Shown: positions 1 through 6,356 of the stretch, in pieces
How the letters are laid out: every line of letters begins with the position of its first letter
Numbering within the stretch: position 1 is the stretch's first letter
Assembly (NCBI GenBank): GCA_001784175.1
Contig: MFPR01000004.1
Span: 487,731-507,730 of the forward strand
Reading direction: 5' to 3'
Length of the DNA stretch: 20,000 nucleotides
From: Candidatus Lindowbacteria bacterium RIFCSPLOWO2_12_FULL_62_27
GTDB taxonomy: Bacteria; Lindowbacteria; 2-12-FULL-62-27
Made by a program: the position numbers and the translations under genes
Notes under the pieces: model-generated
Told to the model about the DNA's origin: nothing
The model's input: the letters and a program-made list of their open reading frames with translations, nothing else
Database searches by the model: none

Positions 1-2
1 TC

Positions 3-836
3 GCCGGGCTGGTGGAGCGGCTGGATCGAATTCTCCTGGATATGGCGGATGTCTTCGGCGCGCGAGCCGTCGGAACGCCGGCCCTGATCGCACCCGAAGT
101 TCTGTCCCGCGTGGACTATTTCCGCGCCTTTCCCCACTCTCTCACGTTCGCGTGTCATCTCCCGCGGGACGTGGACGAGATCGAGGCCTTTTCGAAACAA
201 CCTTTCGAGGCGGACGGATCGCTGGCGCCGGCCGCCTCCGGCGCGGGCGCAGCCGTTCTGTCTCCCGCCGTCTGTTTTCATCTCTACCATTTTCTCGAGG
301 GCACAAGCCTGGGTCAGGCCCTCGAATCCTACACTGTCCGCGGGCGGTGTTTCCGATATGAGGCCGGCGCGCTCGCGGGGCTCGAACGGCTGTGGGACTT
401 CACCATGCGCGAAATCGTCTTTGTCGGAGAGCAAGCCGATGTCATGGACGCCCGCAAGCGGTCGATGGAGTGGGTCACGGACCTCGCGGACCGCCTGGGT
501 CTGGTATGCCGGATCGAGAGCGCGGCCGATCCCTTTTTTGTGGGCGAGTTCAAACAGCGCACGGTCTTTCAGGCCGCGTTTGATTTGAAATATGAGTGGC
601 GCGCCGACCTCGATCCCGCCGCCGCGGACGATCTGGCCGTCGGATCGTTCAACGTTCATCAGACGCATTTCGGCAAGGCCTTCCGGATCGCCGCACCGTC
701 CGGCGAGATGGCCTGGACGGGCTGCACGGCATTCGGGCTCGAACGGCTGGCGCTTGCGGTCCTGCGGCAGCACGGTCTTTCTCCGGACGGCTGGCCGGAG
801 ATTCTGAAATCTGATCTTTCCGTGTCAATCGAATGA
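3..836 (+). CDS. Amino acid--[acyl-carrier-protein] ligase (class II, seryl-tRNA synthetase-like catalytic domain); probably 5'-truncated by the window edge
   Basis: Class II aaRS motif 2 (RGRCFRYE...LERLWDFTMREIVF) and motif 3 (GCTAFGLERL). Putative Zn ligands of the atypical-SerRS/aa:CP-ligase type: Cys in SPAVCFH, Glu in MRE, Cys in TGC. Also has AADPFF and KYE segments. The frame is open from base 3, so the GTG at 12 is probably not the real start. The stop overlaps the ACP start (ATGA). Confidence 0.85.
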   Translation, partial: AGLVERLDRILLDMADVFGARAVGTPALIAPEVLSRVDYFRAFPHSLTFACHLPRDVDEIEAFSKQPFEADGSLAPAASGAGAAVLSPAVCFHLYHFLEGTSLGQALESYTVRGRCFRYEAGALAGLERLWDFTMREIVFVGEQADVMDARKRSMEWVTDLADRLGLVCRIESAADPFFVGEFKQRTVFQAAFDLKYEWRADLDPAAADDLAVGSFNVHQTHFGKAFRIAAPSGEMAWTGCTAFGLERLALAVLRQHGLSPDGWPEILKSDLSVSIE

Positions 837-1069
837 CCGGCGCGGCCGACACTGTCAAGTCCTTCATCGCGCGCGCGCTCAAAATCGACGAGTCGGCCGT
901 CCACGAGTCGCTGCAGCTCGGCGCCATCCCCCAGTGGGATTCGTTCGGACACATCAATCTGATGATGGCGCTTGAAGCCGAATACGGCGTGCCGATCACC
1001 GAGCAGACGGTGCTCCAGCACGTTTCCTACGCCGCCATCGCCGCGAGCCTCGCCGCGCTAAAACGATGA
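833..1069 (+). CDS. Acyl/aminoacyl carrier protein
   Basis: 78 aa with the phosphopantetheine-attachment motif WDSFGHINL followed by ALEAEYGVPI. ATGA overlaps with both neighbours. Confidence 0.9.
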   Translation: MTGAADTVKSFIARALKIDESAVHESLQLGAIPQWDSFGHINLMMALEAEYGVPITEQTVLQHVSYAAIAASLAALKR

Positions 1070-2013
1070 CCCGGTTTCTTCTGGTCGGCAATGGCCGGCC
1101 GCTGGAGGAAGTGTGCCAGGCGATCCCGCGACTGGGCGGGGAAGTCGCCGGCGTGTACGCCAATCCGGAATCTGCACGGCGGCTGCAAGCCATGGGAATC
1201 GATCCGCAGCAGTCTTCGATTCTGCGCGCGCCGGAAGCCGCGGAAGTCATACGCGCGCAAAGGATCGACTGGCTGCTCAATGTCCAATCGCAAGTTGTTT
1301 TTCCGGCGGCCGTGATTCGCGCGCCGGCGCTCGGCGCGATCAATTTCCATCCGGGACCCCTGCCCGAAGGCGCCGGCCTCACGGCGCATGAGTGGGCCGT
1401 CATTCTGGGCGAATCGGCCTTCGCGGCGACCCTCCATTATATGACGCCTGATCTGGACGCCGGCCCCATCATCGTACGCAGGGATTTCGAAATTTCCGAC
1501 ACCGACACCGGCCTCACGCTTCTCGCGCACGCCTGGCGCGTCGGCACCGAGCTTTTGTGCGATCTCCTCCCGTCGTTGATCGCCGGGCAGCGGCCGTCGG
1601 CTTATGCTCAGGACAAATCGAAGTTCCGCTACTTTCCCGGCAAGCCTCCGCACGGCGGGCGGATCGACGTGAGTTGGCCCGCGGATCGGATTTTGAATTT
1701 TGTCCGCGCGCTCCAGTATTATCCCCTGCAGTCGCCCTCCGGACCGCCCCGGCTTGTCGTAAACGGCGAGCCATTCGCTGTGTTGCAGGCCGAACGCGGC
1801 GAATCCTCATCCGGGCATTCTCCGCCAGGTAAAATCACTGAAGTTTCGGAGAGGGGCGTTCAGATTGCGGTGAGCGGCCACGAAAGCGTCTGGATCATTC
1901 GTCTCCTGCGCGAAGGATCTCCCGTCGCCGCCGGGCCATTCTTTCAGCGGCACGGCATCTCCGCCGGCGCCCTCTGCGACACGGAACTTCCGGCCTCCTC
2001 CGGGCGGCCGTGA
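1066..2013 (+). CDS. Formyltransferase (Fmt/ArnA-like N-terminal catalytic domain plus C-terminal domain)
   Basis: Catalytic motifs INFHPGPLP and HYMTPDLDAGPI. An Fmt-like C-terminal region (GRIDVSWPADRILNFVRAL...PPGKI). Start and stop overlap the neighbouring genes. Confidence 0.88.
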   Translation: MTRFLLVGNGRPLEEVCQAIPRLGGEVAGVYANPESARRLQAMGIDPQQSSILRAPEAAEVIRAQRIDWLLNVQSQVVFPAAVIRAPALGAINFHPGPLPEGAGLTAHEWAVILGESAFAATLHYMTPDLDAGPIIVRRDFEISDTDTGLTLLAHAWRVGTELLCDLLPSLIAGQRPSAYAQDKSKFRYFPGKPPHGGRIDVSWPADRILNFVRALQYYPLQSPSGPPRLVVNGEPFAVLQAERGESSSGHSPPGKITEVSERGVQIAVSGHESVWIIRLLREGSPVAAGPFFQRHGISAGALCDTELPASSGRP

Positions 2014-2768
2014 GCCAAGGCGCTGTCGGCATCGAAACGGTTGACTGGGAAGCTGTCCACCGGCTGTCCTTCGTTGACGAGCCCGGTTGCTGGACCAGCG
2101 GCTGTCAGAGCTATTGCTGCACGCACAAATCGGACCTTCTGGCATTCTCGATCCTCACGGGCGGCGCCGGCATGATTTTTTTCGAAGCCGAATATGACTA
2201 TCTCCGGGCATCGGGCCGCCTGCAAAAGGGGTTTGAGTCCCACGCCAAACGCATGTCCTATGAACTGGCGCCGGGCCTCCATCTAAGATTCGTCCTTTCC
2301 AAATGCGAATTGAACGGCATCTGCACGATTCGGGAGTCCCGGCCGCTCTGTTGCAAGCTCTATCCGTTTTTGCCGCGCGTCGACCCGGCGACATCCGCAC
2401 TGACCGGTTTCGTGTCCGGCACGGTCTTCGACGCCTTCTGGCCGGTCCTCGGCGTCCCGCATCCCTGCACGCTCGCACGCGAGAAGGCCGACGCGGTGCA
2501 AGCACGGATGAAACCGTCGCTCACGCGCCTGCTCGGCCATCCATACTTCTTGTTTCATTTCCGTGCGGTGGAAATTCTTCTCGACCGCATTTCCGAAGGG
2601 TTGGACGCGCTCAAACGAGCCCACGCGGGTATCGACGCCCGTGCGCTGTCCAGAAAGTGGGAACTCCTCTATCTGACCGGAAAGGCCTTTGACGGCGGGC
2701 GCCTGCGTGCCGATCTCCTCCACGCCTATTCAACGGTTGCGGCGCGCTTCCCGGGATTCGAGATTTAA
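2010..2768 (+). CDS. Cysteine-cluster protein, YkgJ / CxxCxxCC (Zn/Fe-chelating) family-like
   Basis: CWTSGCQSYCC near the N-terminus, then CELNGICTIRESRPLCCKLYPF, matching the C...CC / C..C.I...RP..C..YPF pattern, plus a later PC. The GTG start overlaps the upstream stop (GTGA). Confidence 0.65.
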   Translation: MSQGAVGIETVDWEAVHRLSFVDEPGCWTSGCQSYCCTHKSDLLAFSILTGGAGMIFFEAEYDYLRASGRLQKGFESHAKRMSYELAPGLHLRFVLSKCELNGICTIRESRPLCCKLYPFLPRVDPATSALTGFVSGTVFDAFWPVLGVPHPCTLAREKADAVQARMKPSLTRLLGHPYFLFHFRAVEILLDRISEGLDALKRAHAGIDARALSRKWELLYLTGKAFDGGRLRADLLHAYSTVAARFPGFEI

Positions 2769-2769
2769 A

Positions 2770-3516
2770 ATGAATGCGGCCGGCCGCGTCCGCGACGCCG
2801 TCATTCTCGCCGGCGGACAGGGAACGCGGATTCGGCATCTGATTCCGAACATTCCAAAACCGATGGTCGAAACCGCTGGCCGGCCGTTCGTTGAATCGGT
2901 GGTGCGGCTCCTCAGGGATCAGGGAATCGAGCGCATCGTCTTCAGCACGGGACATCGCGCCGAAGTTCTTGAGACTTTTTTCGGCGACGGGCGCACATGG
3001 GACATGCGCATCGTTTATCTCAGGGACCCCGTCCCGCTCGGAACCGGCGGCGCCGTCCGGCATGCGCTCCGGGAGGTACGGTCGGATCGGTTTCTTGTTC
3101 TCAATGGAGATTCCTATTGTCGGTTTGATGTCGATTCCATGGTATCCGTCCATGAGAAAACGCGCGCCGGCGTGACGATCTGGCTGGCACGGTCGGACCG
3201 CATCGCCGAATCAGGCCGCGTCGACATTCGCGAGGACGGAACCGTGACGGGCTTTCTGGAAAAACCTGCCGACCCGCAAGCCGGCTTCGTCAACGCGGGC
3301 GTGTATCTGTTCGACCGGCAGGCCGCCGAAACGATCCCGGACGGAAAAACCGTCTCGCTCGAACACGACGTATTTCCGAATCTGGTTGGCCGCGGGCTCA
3401 GTGCAGTGCCCGGCCCGCACCCGCTTCTGGACATCGGCACCGAATCGGGCCTGCAGGCCGCGGCAGCGTTTTTTCAGCATGAATTTCCGTTGAAATCATG
3501 CACTGAAACCTGCTAA
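2770..3516 (+). CDS. hddC: Sugar-1-phosphate nucleotidyltransferase, probably D-glycero-alpha-D-manno-heptose 1-phosphate guanylyltransferase
   Basis: Motifs AVILAGGQGTRI, PKPM, PLGTGGA, VLNGDS, FVNAGVY, SLEHDVFP and LDIGT. Adjacent to an HddA-like kinase. Start placed at ATG 2770, 1 nt after the upstream stop, rather than at 2689. Confidence 0.78.
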   Translation: MNAAGRVRDAVILAGGQGTRIRHLIPNIPKPMVETAGRPFVESVVRLLRDQGIERIVFSTGHRAEVLETFFGDGRTWDMRIVYLRDPVPLGTGGAVRHALREVRSDRFLVLNGDSYCRFDVDSMVSVHEKTRAGVTIWLARSDRIAESGRVDIREDGTVTGFLEKPADPQAGFVNAGVYLFDRQAAETIPDGKTVSLEHDVFPNLVGRGLSAVPGPHPLLDIGTESGLQAAAAFFQHEFPLKSCTETC

Positions 3517-3532
3517 CGTAGGTCCGCAGTAC

Positions 3533-3543
3533 GAGAGGAGGGG
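3533..3543 (+). promoter_or_regulatory. Shine-Dalgarno sequence for the hddA-like gene
   Basis: GAGAGGAGGGG about 10 nt upstream of the GTG at 3554. Confidence 0.6.
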
Positions 3544-3553
3544 ATTTCGCACA

Positions 3554-4609
3554 GTGATCATTTCGAAGACGCCGTATCGCATATCTTTCTTCGGCGGCGG
3601 CACCGATTATCCGGCGTGGTACCGCAAGGAAGAGGGGGCGGTGCTGTCGACGACCATCGACAAGTACTGCCACATCACCTGCCGGCACCTGCCGCCGTTT
3701 TTCAACCACAAACACCATGTGGTGTGGTCCCATAACGAAACGGTTTCCTCCATCTCCGAGATTCTTCACCCCGCTGTCCGCGAGGGACTGCGATACATGG
3801 GGTTTGACGACTCGGTTGGACTTGAAATCTCGCACCAGGGGGATCTGCCGGCGCGCACGGGCATCGGATCGAGTTCGGCCTTCACGGTCGGGCTTATCCT
3901 CGCGCTGTCGGCGTTGAGGGGCCGGACAATGGACAAGCGGGAACTCGCGCTCCGCGCCATCGAGCTTGAGCAGGACGTCATCAAAGAATCCGTCGGGTCA
4001 CAGGATCAGGCGGCGGCGGCCTTCGGTGGGTTCAACCACATCCGGTTTTCCAAAGACGGGGTATTCGCCGTCGATCCCACGGACGTTCCGCAGCACCGAG
4101 TGGAGCAACTGGAATCCCGGCTCATGCTGCTGTTCACGGGCACCAGCCGCCTTTCGACGGACGTCGCGTCTTTGATCGTTCAAAATCTCAAGAACAGGAC
4201 CGCAACGCTCCGCCGCATGCGCGATCTCGTCGACCGCGCGGTAGCCCTGCTCAAGGGCAAAACATCCCTCGATGAGTTCGGAGAACTTCTTCATGAAGGC
4301 TGGCAGCTTAAACGAAATCTCGCCGGGCCGGTGACCAATCCGACCATCGACGCCGTATACCAGACAGCTCGCGAGGCGGGCGCGCTGGGCGGGAAACTCC
4401 TCGGCGCGGGCGCGGCGGGATTCATGGTGTTTTACGTCCCGCCCGACCGGCAGGACCCCGTGCGGCAGGCGCTCCCCAATTATCTCTGGGTTCCGTTTGC
4501 TTTCGAGTCCGACGGCGCGAAGATCATACACAACAGCTCCTTCCCGGAAATCCCCCCCGAGGTCGCGGCGCCCGAGGCCGCCGGCGCGGCCGTCCGCGCA
4601 GCCGGCTGA
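3554..4609 (+). CDS. hddA: GHMP-family sugar kinase, probably D-glycero-alpha-D-manno-heptose 7-phosphate kinase
   Basis: MIISKTPYRISFFGGGTD N-terminus, GHMP P-loop DLPARTGIGSSSAF, GSQDQ and GGKLLGAGAAGF. Paired with an HddC-like gene. Confidence 0.82.
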   Translation: MIISKTPYRISFFGGGTDYPAWYRKEEGAVLSTTIDKYCHITCRHLPPFFNHKHHVVWSHNETVSSISEILHPAVREGLRYMGFDDSVGLEISHQGDLPARTGIGSSSAFTVGLILALSALRGRTMDKRELALRAIELEQDVIKESVGSQDQAAAAFGGFNHIRFSKDGVFAVDPTDVPQHRVEQLESRLMLLFTGTSRLSTDVASLIVQNLKNRTATLRRMRDLVDRAVALLKGKTSLDEFGELLHEGWQLKRNLAGPVTNPTIDAVYQTAREAGALGGKLLGAGAAGFMVFYVPPDRQDPVRQALPNYLWVPFAFESDGAKIIHNSSFPEIPPEVAAPEAAGAAVRAAG

Positions 4610-4612
4610 GGC

Positions 4613-5137
4613 GTGGAGGTCACCCGCACCAAACTCGACGGCGTCCTGCGGATCCGGCCGCCGACCTGCTTCAAGGATTTTCGCGGGGAATACGTCGAAC
4701 TCTACAACGAAAAAGTCTATCGCGAAGCTGGGATCACTGTGTCATTCATCCAGGACGACATCTCGGTTTCCGGCAGAAACGTCCTGCGCGGGATTCACGG
4801 CGACCACAAAACATGGAAACTCGTCTCGTGCCTTTACGGAGAGTTTTTCATGGCGGTCGTCGACTGCCGCGACGGATCGGCCGGATTCGGCAAATGGGAA
4901 TCCTTCACCCTCTCGGAACATAACCGGCTTCAGGTCCTGGTCCCGCCCTCCTTCGGCCTCGCGCACCTCGTGCTGAGCGACCGGGCGATTTTTCATTACA
5001 AGCAGTCAACCTACTACGACCGCGCGTCCCAGTTCACCTATCGGTGGAACGATCCGCGCTTCGCCATTCCATGGCCAGTCCAGAACCCCATCCTGTCCGA
5101 ACGCGACCAGATGGGCGGCAGCCGATCGATCTCCTGA
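4613..5137 (+). CDS. RmlC-family NDP-4-keto-sugar 3,5-epimerase (dTDP-4-dehydrorhamnose 3,5-epimerase-like; possibly acts on a GDP-heptose)
   Basis: Motifs FKDFRGEY, FIQDDISVS, VLRGIH (catalytic His), KLVSC (Lys), YKQSTYY (Tyr) and WNDPRFAIPWP...PILSERD. Confidence 0.88.
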   Translation: MEVTRTKLDGVLRIRPPTCFKDFRGEYVELYNEKVYREAGITVSFIQDDISVSGRNVLRGIHGDHKTWKLVSCLYGEFFMAVVDCRDGSAGFGKWESFTLSEHNRLQVLVPPSFGLAHLVLSDRAIFHYKQSTYYDRASQFTYRWNDPRFAIPWPVQNPILSERDQMGGSRSIS

Positions 5138-5258
5138 ACCGGAATTTCCACCACGTCAGACTGGTTCGCCACCTGCAGCGGCTGAACGGCCCTTCATGAC
5201 GACGGGGATGATGCCGGAGAGCCAGAAGCTGATGGAGGTCGTCTGGATTTCATAAAAA

Positions 5259-6305
5259 CTATTCTTCGGTAACAGAAAGATCCATCAACGTCTGTGCCGC
5301 GCGATGCGCGCCCAACCCGTCCACCAGCTCACGGCCACGCGCCGACATGCCGGACCGGCGCCGGGGGTCTGTCAGAAGGTCTGTGACCAGGGGGGCGATC
5401 GTTTCCGGAATCGCGCCGCTCTGGGAGGCGAACCCCGCCAGACACGCGCACCCGTGCCGGACCAGGGCCGACGCGTTCGGCGCCTGATTCGGCGCCAGCG
5501 CCAGGATCGCCATCGGCACGCCCAGGCAGCACAGTTCCCAGCAGGTCGATCCTGCCGCATTGACGGACACATCGGCGGCGGCCATGAGGTCCGCCATGTT
5601 CTCGGCGTTTCTTATGATGCGGATTTCGTGTTTCGAATCGGCGACCGCGCGATCAAGCCCGGCGGTCGCGGCCCCTTCACCGCCGAGGACGCACTGCACA
5701 ACGAAAGAACGCGGCGCTTGATTCAGCGCAACAAGGACTTCGGCACAAGTGTCAGCCGTGGCGCCCCCGCCGAATGTCACAAGCACCTGCCGGTCGTTCG
5801 CGCTGAACTTTCGTGTCTGTGACTGGCGAATCCTGGAGAACTCCGGCCGCAGGAGCGCGTAGGCCGGCCCACGTAAAACGCGGCATTCCGGCGACACCCG
5901 GTAGGACATATCCACCGCGTCCGGATTCTGATTCAGCACCCAGTTCGCCGCGCCCAGATCCCGGTCGGCCAGATCGTCGATGACGGCCACTTGAAAACCG
6001 GCTGCGCGTAATTGCCGAAAATCGGCGGGGGTCGCGCCGTAGTGGTCCACCACCACGCAGCGGGCGCCCACGGCCATGGCCCGGTCTACCGTGAAAGCCG
6101 TGTCCAGCGCGCCTGCGACGCGCTCCACCGCAAACCCCGCCTGCTCGACCACGCGAAGCGGCGTGTCCGCGATCGGACGCATGACGAAAACGGGTTCGCC
6201 GCCGAGATCGCGCAGCGCAAGGGCCAGCGCCACACACCGGCGCACATGGCCCATGCCGATCTCGGGCGACCCGTCGCATCGAAACAGAAAGGGAATCCGG
6301 CGCAT
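5259..6305 (-). CDS. pseG: UDP-2,4-diacetamido-2,4,6-trideoxy-beta-L-altropyranose hydrolase-like protein (GT-B fold)
   Basis: Motifs FRCDGSPEIGMGHVRRC, VVDHY, VIDDLADR, GPAYALLRPEF, VTFGG, MAAADVSVNAAGSTCWELCCLGVP and APNQ, typical of PseG/SpsG. Confidence 0.85.
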   Translation of the reverse strand: MRRIPFLFRCDGSPEIGMGHVRRCVALALALRDLGGEPVFVMRPIADTPLRVVEQAGFAVERVAGALDTAFTVDRAMAVGARCVVVDHYGATPADFRQLRAAGFQVAVIDDLADRDLGAANWVLNQNPDAVDMSYRVSPECRVLRGPAYALLRPEFSRIRQSQTRKFSANDRQVLVTFGGGATADTCAEVLVALNQAPRSFVVQCVLGGEGAATAGLDRAVADSKHEIRIIRNAENMADLMAAADVSVNAAGSTCWELCCLGVPMAILALAPNQAPNASALVRHGCACLAGFASQSGAIPETIAPLVTDLLTDPRRRSGMSARGRELVDGLGAHRAAQTLMDLSVTEE

Positions 6306-6311
6306 GGGACG

Positions 6312-6341
6312 AATCTATATTGACAGACCCGGCCGCGTAAA
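6312..6341 (-). promoter_or_regulatory. Putative sigma70 promoter of pseG (leaderless-type)
   Basis: On the minus strand: TTTACG (6341-6336), 18 nt, TAGATT (6317-6312), 6 nt, ATG (6305). No SD is present. Confidence 0.45.
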
Positions 6342-6348
6342 GAAAAAT
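6320..6348 (+). promoter_or_regulatory. Putative sigma70 promoter of the radical SAM gene (leaderless-type)
   Basis: Consensus TTGACA (6320-6325), 17 nt, AAAAAT (6343-6348), 8 nt, ATG (6357). No SD is present. Confidence 0.55.
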
Positions 6349-6356
6349 GCGCGTGA

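Noticed and set aside
12-836. Annotation as the housekeeping seryl-tRNA synthetase (serS)
   Set aside because: Motifs match the Zn-dependent aa:CP ligase type and the gene is coupled to an ACP. The N-terminus is outside the window, so this is not fully excluded.
1066-2013. Annotation as housekeeping fmt
   Set aside because: It lacks the FMGTPxF N-terminus and HxSLLP motif of Fmt and is not next to def.
5138-5258. Short minus-strand ORF MKSRRPPSASGSPASSPSS just after pseG, and possible TGA read-through
   Set aside because: Only 19 codons of low complexity. The read-through product resembles nothing and would run antisense into the epimerase. No clear terminator or RNA structure either.
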